Source: Nitrospirota bacterium
GTDB lineage: Bacteria; Nitrospirota; Thermodesulfovibrionia; Thermodesulfovibrionales; UBA1546
Reading direction: 5' to 3'
NCBI GenBank assembly: GCA_016208915.1
Contig: JACQXE010000001.1
Location: 1 to 31,394, forward strand
Length of the DNA stretch: 31,394 nucleotides
Of the stretch, positions 19,385 through 27,592 are shown in pieces. Position numbers and translations under genes: made by a program. Each line of letters starts with the position of its first letter. Within the stretch, counting starts at the first letter, position 1. The notes below the pieces were generated by a model that saw only the letters and a program-made list of their open reading frames with translations, was not told the origin of the DNA and did not search any database.

Positions 19385-19606
19385 CTTGCTGCCTCCTTTT
19401 GATTTTAAATTATGTTTAAAAACTTTTAACAACCTTCTTGCCCAGATGAATTCCGTGGCAAGGATGCCCAGCCCTATTGGTATTACAATTATAGCAGGTC
19501 CCGGCAATACAATCATTGCAATGCCGGCCATAAGAATTGTGAAGCCGACTATTGCTATTATCAGCCTTCTCGCCTGCTGGACGGTTCTAAGCGTCAACGG
19601 TGTCAT
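19385..19606 (-). CDS. In-frame upstream 74-codon two-TM segment resembling PGPGW-family small membrane proteins (LPGP...LGILATEFIWARRLL); either an N-terminal extension of the SPFH protein or a separate product
   Basis: No stop codon separates it from the SPFH ORF; it contains copy B (19428-19471) of the 44-nt duplicated segment. Family assignment is from memory of the LPGPG...LA.EF.WA.R motif. Confidence 0.35.
19428..19471. repeat. Copy B of the 44-nt duplicated segment
   Basis: See copy A at 18234-18277. Confidence 0.6.
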
Positions 19607-19673
19607 GGGTTATTTATCTCCTCAAGCATGCTCCAGAGTTTTGATTTGTCCCCGTCCTTTACCATTGGAACCT

Positions 19674-20321
19674 TCACCTATTTCCCTTTATACTCCGTTC
19701 GCTGATGAGTTCGAAAACATCTTCCGCTGAATTGTAGTAATATATGCTTCCTGTTCTTATGTTGTAATACCAGCCGTGGAGATGAAGCGCACCTGTGTTT
19801 AATGCATCCAGAACAAAGGGATATGTCTGGATGTTATTCAATTGGCAAAGCACGTTTTCCTCTTCGGTGATCCGAAGACGGATTGCAGCAGGCGCTTCCT
19901 GATAATGCCTTAAAACAATTTTTTTCACAGAATCAGCCAGTTGAAGCCATTCTCTTAAATGAGGCATATTATTAAATTCCTTTTCATCCCTGTACAGCGC
20001 TTGCATTGCTCCACAATCGGAATGACCGCATATGATGATATCTTTTACCCTCAAATCCAGCACCGCAAACTCGATTGCCGCTGCTACGCTGTTCTTGTCC
20101 TTTATGGCATCATAGGGAGGTATAATGTTTCCCATATTCCTTACTATGAAAAGCTCCCCCGGTCTGCTTTGAGTAACCAGATTAGGATCTATCCGTGAGT
20201 CAGCACACGTTATGAAAAGAATCTCCGGTGATTGTCCTTCGGACAGCCTACGGAAAAAATCCTTTTCCTTACCGAAGTGCAACTCCTGAAAATTCCAGAT
20301 GCCTTTATATAGTCTATCCAT
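19674..20321 (-). CDS. Beta-class carbonic anhydrase
   Basis: CADSRID and ICGHSDCGAM zinc-ligand motifs; 215 aa. Confidence 0.9.
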   Translation of the reverse strand: MDRLYKGIWNFQELHFGKEKDFFRRLSEGQSPEILFITCADSRIDPNLVTQSRPGELFIVRNMGNIIPPYDAIKDKNSVAAAIEFAVLDLRVKDIIICGHSDCGAMQALYRDEKEFNNMPHLREWLQLADSVKKIVLRHYQEAPAAIRLRITEEENVLCQLNNIQTYPFVLDALNTGALHLHGWYYNIRTGSIYYYNSAEDVFELISERSIKGNR

Positions 20322-20538
20322 ATATGCTGTAAAGTTCCGGGGCTTCAGTCTCAGTCACTGGTTTTGCTCTGTACATTTTGAGGACGATCTTGTCGCTGAA
20401 CCAATACGTAATAAAGTTTATTCCAAAGGCCATAATTAGGGCAAAGGTCATCCCTGTTTTACCTCCAAGCAAACCTCCTACAAACACCAGCATAAGGGTA
20501 AGTGTTACCATTAAGACCGTTGTCTTTAATCCGTTCAT
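20314..20538 (-). pseudogene. HtpX-like protease N-terminal fragment (74 aa; lacks HEXXH domain)
   Basis: MNGLK...FGINFITYWFSDKIVLKMYRAKPVTETEAPELY matches the HtpX N-terminal two-TM region up to the conserved PELY. It then stops, overlapping the carbonic anhydrase start by 8 nt. AGGAGG RBS present. Confidence 0.5.
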
Positions 20539-20565
20539 TTCCTGCCTCCTGCTTTTTTAAAACAA

Positions 20566-20613
20566 TAAAAAAAAGACCTTTACCACGCATTCTTAAGCAC
20601 GCGGTAAAGGTCT
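20566..20613 (-). terminator. Intrinsic terminator (AGACCTTTACC...GGTAAAGGTCT stem, then an 8-U tract on the minus strand), 25 nt upstream of the htpX-stub RBS
   Basis: 11-bp stem plus poly-T read directly. Confidence 0.55.
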
Positions 20614-20735
20614 TGCTTGTTAGTTTTACCTAACCAGCGGTACCGGGACTGTTCAGACCGTGTTGACGATAGCCGCTGACTCAGCTACTCCCCTTTACTG
20701 TTTTTAAATTACCTTAATCCTCAAACAAAAGTCAA
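20614..20735 (-). ncRNA. Putative structured leader or small RNA (~140 nt) from a TTGACT-18-TAATTT promoter to the terminator at 20566-20613
   Basis: Promoter-like hexamers at 20730-20735 and 20706-20711. Internal hairpins (CAGCGG...CCGCUG; GUUAG-GUAAAA-CUAAC). AGUAAAGG near the 5' end can pair with the terminator's 5' arm CCUUUACC, giving an antiterminator option. Class not identified. Confidence 0.3.
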
Positions 20736-20898
20736 TTAGCAGGTTCAATTTATTTTTCTATGGCTCTTTTACGCTTCTGTTCTTCCGTACCTTTGATAAA
20801 AAAACAGAAAAAATGTAAACTACAGATTATTAAGTCCTGGATAGCTTTACTTCAAATTCAATTTATAACTGTCAAAATAATATTTTGGAGGTAAATGT

Positions 20899-22242
20899 AT
20901 GGATGCTGTCATAAAAAAAGTTGAAGCGCTTGCATTGCTCCATGACAAGATAGATCCGAAGATCGTCAAAGAAAAAAACATCAAGTTAGGCCTGAGAAAT
21001 GAAGACGGCACAGGAGTATTTGTCGGCATTACAAGCAAAGGACAGGTTATCGGGTATGAGAAGGTCATAAGCGGCGATGGCTCAGAAAAAGTTAATCCGA
21101 TACCTGGAAAACTTTACTATTGCGGCTATGACGTTGAAGATTTGGTGGCAGGAAAGGAAAAAGAACAGCGATTCGGATTTGAAGAGACAATATACCTCCT
21201 CCTGACCGGAGAACTTCCAGGGAAAGAAGACCTGAAAAGCTTTTCAAAAGAGCTTGGGAGAAAGCGGGCACTGCCAAGGGAAGCAAAAGAGATAATACTC
21301 AACAGGCCTAAGCACGATGACCAGATGGGTTCGCTTCACACAATTGTCTCAGCCATGCATCTTTTTGACAAGAACCCGAATTCAACAGATATAAAGGATG
21401 TAGTGAGACAGTGCATTGACTTGATAGCAAAGTTTCCATCAATCATAGCCTATAACTATCAGGCTGCATTGATGATGAAAAAAGATTTCAATAAGCTTAT
21501 CGAGCCTGATCCTGACCTCAGCACTTCTGAAAACTTTCTCCTGATGCTCTCCGGTAAAATGCCTGACAGATTCACCGCAGAATTGTTTGACACGATGCTG
21601 ATATTTCACGCTGAGCATGGCGGTGGGAACAACTCAACGTTCTCAACACGATGCGTTTCATCCTCTGGTGCTAACACATATATGGCGCTATGCGCAGGCA
21701 TCGGCTCTCTTTCGGGCCACCTGCATGGAGGCGCAAACGAAGCTGTCGTAAGAATGATAAGTGACGTCAAGCGGAAAGTCAGAGATTGGGAAAGTGATAA
21801 AGAGATCGCATCTTATCTTGAAATGATCCTTGAAAAGAAAGCAGGGGATAAGACCGGAAAGATTTATGGCTTGGGTCATGCGGTCTACACGCTGTCAGAC
21901 CCTCGAGCAGTTTTTCTCGAAAAAAAGGCGGAAGAACTTGCAACTATGGCAGGAAAAGAAAAAGAGTTTTTCCTGTATAAGAAAATTTCAAGGATAGCGC
22001 CGCAGCTTGTCAGGGAAAAGAAAGGCAAAGTTGTGTGCACAAATGTTGACTTCTACTCAGGCTTTGTCTACCAGTGCATGGGGATACCAAAAGCTCTCTT
22101 CACCCCGATATTTGCAATGGCAAGGGTCTCGGGCTGGTCTGCACATAGAATTGAGGAGATAGTTCAGGGAAGGATTATAAGGCCTTCATATGTTTCGTCA
22201 TTGAAAGGGGAAAAACATTACATATCGATATCCAAACGTTGA
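20899..22242 (+). CDS. Citrate synthase family protein (non-canonical GLGHAVY motif; possibly citryl-CoA lyase-like)
   Basis: HGGANE and G-x-GH-x-VY blocks, DPRA and C-terminal CS-like region; 447 aa with an extended N-terminus; GGAGG RBS. Confidence 0.8.
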   Translation: MDAVIKKVEALALLHDKIDPKIVKEKNIKLGLRNEDGTGVFVGITSKGQVIGYEKVISGDGSEKVNPIPGKLYYCGYDVEDLVAGKEKEQRFGFEETIYLLLTGELPGKEDLKSFSKELGRKRALPREAKEIILNRPKHDDQMGSLHTIVSAMHLFDKNPNSTDIKDVVRQCIDLIAKFPSIIAYNYQAALMMKKDFNKLIEPDPDLSTSENFLLMLSGKMPDRFTAELFDTMLIFHAEHGGGNNSTFSTRCVSSSGANTYMALCAGIGSLSGHLHGGANEAVVRMISDVKRKVRDWESDKEIASYLEMILEKKAGDKTGKIYGLGHAVYTLSDPRAVFLEKKAEELATMAGKEKEFFLYKKISRIAPQLVREKKGKVVCTNVDFYSGFVYQCMGIPKALFTPIFAMARVSGWSAHRIEEIVQGRIIRPSYVSSLKGEKHYISISKR

Positions 22243-22592
22243 GGTCACATCTGACCTGATCTGAACGATAAATTCGTTGACAGGCACCTTACGATTAAGT
22301 CTTCATCTTAGGCAGGAGTTTTAATCATTTTGTAATCTGCCATTTATTAATAAGATTTCTTTTATGTTTTTCCAATCACAAAAAGCAGTTTTCCTTCCTA
22401 AACAGCATCTTTGAGTTTTACGCAGACTTCAGCTATAAAAGGTTCTTTAATAGCACTCTTCATTCTGAGTCCTGCAATGGTTTTATGTATTAAATTAGCT
22501 AAAGCGAAAATTTATGTAAATGAATACATTAGGTAGGACTTTTGAAAAACAAAATGAAAAGTGTTAAATTAATAGCAGCTAAAGGAGAAATA

Positions 22593-23066
22593 ATGCAGAG
22601 AGTCCCGATAACACGCAATGGCTATCAGAAACTTCAGGAAGAGCTCGAGAGGCTACTGAAAGTTGAAAGGCCGCAGATTATAAAGGCAATTGCAGAGGCG
22701 CGTTCACACGGCGACTTATCTGAGAACGCAGAATACCATGCTGCAAGGGAAAAACAGTCGTTTATAGAAGGAAGGATTAATGAACTCCAGTCAAAACTAT
22801 CGCTTGCAGACATAATTGACACATCCAAGATAACCCAGTCAACCGTCGCATTTGGTGCAAAAGTCAAGGTACTGGATATCCAGGCAGATGAAGAATATTC
22901 TTTCACGCTTGTAGGTCCTGATGAGGCAGATGTGAAAAGCGGAAAAATATCAATAAGTTCTCCTGTCGGCAGAGCCTTGCTCGGCAAAAAGACAGGAGAT
23001 ACCGCAATCATCAAGGCGCCTGCAAGGACAATGGAATATGAAATATTAGAGATAAACTTTGAATAA
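22593..23066 (+). CDS. greA: Transcription elongation factor GreA
   Basis: RPQIIKAIAEARSHGDLSENAEYHAARE and C-terminal FKBP-like domain. Start at MQRV with AAAGGAG RBS; the upstream in-frame ATG is rejected. Confidence 0.9.
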   Translation: MQRVPITRNGYQKLQEELERLLKVERPQIIKAIAEARSHGDLSENAEYHAAREKQSFIEGRINELQSKLSLADIIDTSKITQSTVAFGAKVKVLDIQADEEYSFTLVGPDEADVKSGKISISSPVGRALLGKKTGDTAIIKAPARTMEYEILEINFE

Positions 23067-23095
23067 ATACATAAGAAAGATTACTTTTATCAGCT

Positions 23096-24537
23096 ATGTC
23101 TAGTCGAATTGAAGATATTGATTATTCTATAATTCCTGAAGAATCAACCCCAATGTATAGAATCCACAGATACTGGGGAAGAAAACCATGGAATATTTTT
23201 GGTAAATACATTGAAAAATACACTTCCGAAGGGGATATCATCTTAGACCCTTTTTGTGGCAACTCAAAAGGAAAGTAATCGGTATTGATCTTAATCCAAT
23301 GGCTACTTTCATTACTCGTCAAATGATCTCTTATGTTGATTTGAGGGATTTCGAAGATGCATTTAAAAATATTTTGGAAAATGTAAAAAAAATATTTAAA
23401 GAAAATTATTCAACAAAATGTAAGAAGTGTGGTGCTAAGTCAGAGGTAATACATTTCAGGTGGGAAAGGCAAGAAAAAGATATAAAAATAAAAAGATTAA
23501 AAGATGCAGGAGAAATAAATCGCAATTTAGTCTCTATAACATATAAATGTGAAAATTGTGGATATGGAAGTGATAAACCTGAAAAATATGATATAGACGT
23601 CTCTACGCAGCCATATTTAAACAATTCACCAAAATATCTCATTAATAAGAAACTACAATTAAAGCACAGTTCAGAAGCAAAGGATTATTTTGATTTATTC
23701 ACCCCTAGAAATTTATTTTTTTTATCTGTTATATATGATGAAATTAATAAAATCAGTGTCAGCAAAATTAAAGATTTGATGAGGTTAGTTTTCTCGTCCT
23801 GTCTTACACAAAGCAGTAAACTTATTATGTATACCGAGAAAGGTATACGCCCTGAAGTTAGTGAACGAAGTAAAAGCTGGATAGCCACACGATTTCACAT
23901 CCAGAGAAATTATCTTGAAAAAAATCCATTAATTAATTTTAAAAACAGCTTTGAAACCGTATTTAAAGCAAAAAAGGAAAGTAATAATTTGATTGAAGAT
24001 TGTATCTTTGTTGATACATTTGAAGATCTATTTAAGGGGAAGGGGAATGTTTTGATTATAAATGATTCTGTCGATTATATAAATGATATCCCGCCAGAAA
24101 GTATTGATTATGTTATTACAGATCCACCATTTGTGAAAGATGTTAATTATATCGAGTTATCACAGCTATGGTTATTCTGGTTATTTAACAAAGACCCAGA
24201 TTTTGAAAAGGAAATCAGATGTAAAGAATCTATGGATAATTATAAAAAGCAAATGATTAACGTCTTTGAAAAGATTAAAAAGGTACTTAAAAAAGATAAA
24301 TACCTAACAGTTACATATCGGGCTGATGAACCTAAAATGTGGGACACAATGATACAATGCCCAACCGAAGCTGGTTTCTACTTAACAAAAATAGTGCCAC
24401 ACGCAATCGGGCATAGTATCGGAGCAAGGTATCGGCAACTTATGGCAAAAGGAACACCTGATATGGCAGAAGAAAAACATAAACTAATTCTTGGTTATTT
24501 CTACTTAACGTTTAATAAAAAAGAGCAATTAACTTGA
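23096..24537 (+). pseudogene. Frameshifted alpha-class (motif I...motif IV) N6A/N4C DNA methyltransferase with an internal Cys4 zinc ribbon
   Basis: ORF 23096-23278 ends ...YWGRKPW...ILDPFCGNSKGK*. ORF 23254-24537 continues in the -1 frame with VIGIDLNP... (AdoMet motif I split at the AAAAGGAAAG run). CKKCG...CENCG zinc ribbon; DPPF motif IV (VITDPPFVKD). Lower GC than flanking genes. Confidence 0.7.
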
Positions 24538-26492
24538 TGTCAAATAATTCTAATTTAAATCAAAGAATAATACAGAGAGCTGCGCAGATTATCGAAAAGC
24601 GGCAAGAGCCTACTCCTTTAATTTTTATCCTAATGAATCTTTACGAAAAATTGACACCGCCAGAAATAAAAGCATTATCTGTTCACAATATCATAGAAGA
24701 GCTCAATAAAAGTGGACGTCTCCAAGGAACAACTGAGTATAAAGAAAATCCCTTGTGGCAAAAATGGACACTGAAAAACGTGAAATTTGATAGGAAGAGA
24801 GCTTTGGAAACAATTATAAAAAATGAATTGGAAGAATTATTGCTTTATGAAAATGAGACAACAAATTTCTATATTAAGCATATCTCGAGTACTTTCAAGG
24901 GCGATCTAATAGTCAGTGCTCAAAGAGTTAAGAGGTTATTGGAACAAATTGCAAAAGCGGATGAGAAAACAGGAATCTTGGAACTTACAAAAAATAAGGG
25001 CAAAATACTTCATAGGAAAAGAGAAGAGACAATTAATAATCTGGCAGAATTAGGAAGAAAATATAAGTTCCATTCATTAAACGTTAAGAAAAAGATAGAC
25101 ATGCAATATGATGAGCTTAGTTTGGCGATTAAGAAGTTTATACCTAGAACATCAAAAAGACTCGGTGAATCTGTTCTGTTTTGGTTAAAAAATAACAAGC
25201 CTGTCATAATGTACTACATAACATTAACAGGTAGAAAACCAAATGTTGACATAAAAACCGTCAGTAAAGCATTGTCTAACAATATTGTAGGTTTTCAGAA
25301 AATTATGATTTTTCCTTCTAAATTTGAAAAATATTTCAAAAGGATGAAAGAACATTGGGATTATATTTTGCTTGAGAATATAGAAAAAGTAATGAAAGAA
25401 AAGAAAGTTATAGATAAGATGCCCAGATTAAAATACACAAAAAAAGAACATGGGAAGCCAAAGAAAAGAGTAATGGCAACCGTTATTAAAAATATCCCTT
25501 ACCAAGTAGGATCAGAAATCAAATATTTTCGCTTGGTGTTAGAAAAACCACATATCCAACAGAATGCTAAACCAGGTCAATTCATAAATATTTTATGTCC
25601 AAGTCACAATTCGGTGAAAAAACATCTTGTTTTTGATACAGAAGAAACATATAAAAAATATCTAAAAGAAAAAAAGGAACTGTACACACCAAAACCTTTA
25701 TTGCGAAGACCAATAAGTATTCATAGGATTTATTATGAAGGCTTTGACCCAAGAACTTTGAAAGGGAAAAGACAATTGCCTCCAGAAATTAATCAGTATC
25801 TGGAAGGTGGAATAAGAAATCGTTTTGATATACTTGTTAAAATTGTTGGCAAGGGAACTAAAGCATTATCAGAAGTAAGAGAAGGAGATAAGCTTGATAT
25901 TATCGGGCCTCTTGGCCATGAGATTAATATAAATCCTTCACTTAAAAAAGCATTATTAGTGGCTGGTGGCATTGGCATTGCCCCTCTTTATGCGTTGGCT
26001 GAAAAACTGAGATGGGAGAATAAAAATGTCGTCCTCTTTTTGGGCACATTTGCAGAGCAAGACCTTAAAATGCTAGATTCTGGTTATACGATGGGTAATA
26101 TTGAAGCCAAAGAACTAATCAAAGAGTTTGAAGAAATGGGAATTGAAGTAAAGATATGTGCACAGGAAAAAGGATATAAAGGCCTATTTCGAGGAAAAGT
26201 TCATGAGATTTTCAGAAATTACATAGAAAAAAATAAAAACATTAAAGATTTCTCATCAAACACGGAAGTTTTTTCATGTGGACCAAAAGAAATGTTAAAA
26301 GAAATTGTAAAAATAGCGACGGAGTTTAATTTGCCACATCAGGTTTTACTAGAAGAAAGAATGGGGTGCGGGCTGGGTGTTTGTCTTTCTTGTGTATGCC
26401 CGACAATAGATAACAATGAAATTAAATACAAACAAATTTGTATGGAGGGACCAGCTTTTAATGCAGAAGAAATTGCCTGGGATAAATATTGA
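24537..26492 (+). CDS. Fusion protein: uncharacterised ~310-aa N-terminal domain plus divergent PyrK-like FAD/NAD-binding [2Fe-2S] reductase domain
   Basis: ATG overlaps the MTase TGA (TGATG). C-terminal 340 aa carry KPGQF, RRPISI, GGIGIAPL and CGLGVCLSCVC...C, as in the dihydroorotate dehydrogenase electron-transfer subunit, but with two ~25-30 aa inserts. The N-terminal domain has no motif I recognise. Confidence 0.7.
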   Translation: MSNNSNLNQRIIQRAAQIIEKRQEPTPLIFILMNLYEKLTPPEIKALSVHNIIEELNKSGRLQGTTEYKENPLWQKWTLKNVKFDRKRALETIIKNELEELLLYENETTNFYIKHISSTFKGDLIVSAQRVKRLLEQIAKADEKTGILELTKNKGKILHRKREETINNLAELGRKYKFHSLNVKKKIDMQYDELSLAIKKFIPRTSKRLGESVLFWLKNNKPVIMYYITLTGRKPNVDIKTVSKALSNNIVGFQKIMIFPSKFEKYFKRMKEHWDYILLENIEKVMKEKKVIDKMPRLKYTKKEHGKPKKRVMATVIKNIPYQVGSEIKYFRLVLEKPHIQQNAKPGQFINILCPSHNSVKKHLVFDTEETYKKYLKEKKELYTPKPLLRRPISIHRIYYEGFDPRTLKGKRQLPPEINQYLEGGIRNRFDILVKIVGKGTKALSEVREGDKLDIIGPLGHEININPSLKKALLVAGGIGIAPLYALAEKLRWENKNVVLFLGTFAEQDLKMLDSGYTMGNIEAKELIKEFEEMGIEVKICAQEKGYKGLFRGKVHEIFRNYIEKNKNIKDFSSNTEVFSCGPKEMLKEIVKIATEFNLPHQVLLEERMGCGLGVCLSCVCPTIDNNEIKYKQICMEGPAFNAEEIAWDKY

Positions 26493-27438
26493 AAAGCCTG
26501 ATTTAAGCGTAGAGATTGCAGGCATCAAGATGAATAACCCTATTATGATTGCATCTGGAACCTTTGGTTATGGTACAGAATTCTCTGAAGTTGAAGGTTT
26601 TTCTCATGATGAAGTAGGTGCAATTGTATTAAAGGGAACCACCCTTAATAAAACACGGGGGAATCCTATTCCGAGAATTGCTGAGGTAGACTGCGGGATT
26701 ATCAACTCCATCGGGTTGCAAAACCCAGGTATTGATTTTGTTCTGAAAAATTATATTCCTAAGTTACGTCAATATAAAACTAAAATTATTCTGAACATAG
26801 CAGGCTACAGCGAGGACGAATACAAAGAAATTGCTAAAAGAATTAATGACGTAAATGGTGTTCATGGAATAGAAGTAAATATCTCTTGTCCAAATATAAA
26901 AGAAGGTGGAATGCAGTTTTGTTTGGATCCTAAAATGACATTTAGAGTTATTGAAAAGATTAGAGGTGAGACAAAATTACCTCTTATAGTAAAATTATCA
27001 CCCAATGTAACTGATATCGTACAGATAGCCAAAGCTGCTATCGAAGGTGGCGCTGATGCCTTATCTTTAATAAATACTGTTACTGCTATGGCAATAGATA
27101 CTAAAACAAAAAGACCTAAATTGGGAGCTAATTTTGGTGGATTGTCAGGACCTGCAATAAAACCTATAGCTATACACAAAATATTCCAAACATATCAGTA
27201 TATAAGTCAATATGTGAAAGACAAAAAAATACCTCTGATTGGGATAGGTGGAATTGAAAGCGCGGATGATATCATTGAATTTATTCTTGCTGGCGCTAAT
27301 GCTGTTCAAATTGGCACCAGTACAATGATATATAAAACGACTATCGAACAAATTATTTCTGATATTGCAAATAGACTGTCAGAACTTAACGAGAAAAAAA
27401 TAAACAATCTCGTTGGAAAAGTAATTCTAAATACTTGA
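26461..27438 (+). CDS. pyrD: Dihydroorotate dehydrogenase catalytic subunit (class 1B)
   Basis: [36 protein letters not shown] and GANAVQIGT blocks. Start at the ATG (MQKKLPG...) overlapping the preceding gene by 32 nt; the ORF track begins at 26416. Confidence 0.85.
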   Translation: MQKKLPGINIEKPDLSVEIAGIKMNNPIMIASGTFGYGTEFSEVEGFSHDEVGAIVLKGTTLNKTRGNPIPRIAEVDCGIINSIGLQNPGIDFVLKNYIPKLRQYKTKIILNIAGYSEDEYKEIAKRINDVNGVHGIEVNISCPNIKEGGMQFCLDPKMTFRVIEKIRGETKLPLIVKLSPNVTDIVQIAKAAIEGGADALSLINTVTAMAIDTKTKRPKLGANFGGLSGPAIKPIAIHKIFQTYQYISQYVKDKKIPLIGIGGIESADDIIEFILAGANAVQIGTSTMIYKTTIEQIISDIANRLSELNEKKINNLVGKVILNT

Positions 27439-27439
27439 G

Positions 27440-27592
27440 TTCATGCTGGCAGGGGCAACTGCAGTGGCTGTTGGAACTGCAAATTTTGTTAATCCCTATT
27501 CAACCATTGATATAATTAACGGGATAGAATCCTTTATGGAAAAGAATAATATAATAGATGTAAAAGAACTTATAGGAGGTTTAAGATGCTGA
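27440..27592 (+). pseudogene. pyrD: 3' remnant (~50 codons) of a second, resident-type pyrD, out of frame with and directly abutting the complete pyrD
   Basis: Translates to [50 protein letters not shown], a close match to the PyrD C-terminus. Higher GC than the upstream island. Its stop overlaps the RBS and ATG of the next gene. Confidence 0.7.

Noticed and set aside
20620-20700. tRNA-like GTTCAGACC (T-loop-like) in the htpX upstream leader
   Set aside because: No complementary T-stem or acceptor stem could be drawn; interpreted as part of a structured leader instead.
22542-22592. Upstream in-frame ATG extending greA by 17 codons (MKNKMKSVKL...)
   Set aside because: GreA homologs start at the MQRV-equivalent, and AAAGGAG sits 6 nt before that ATG.
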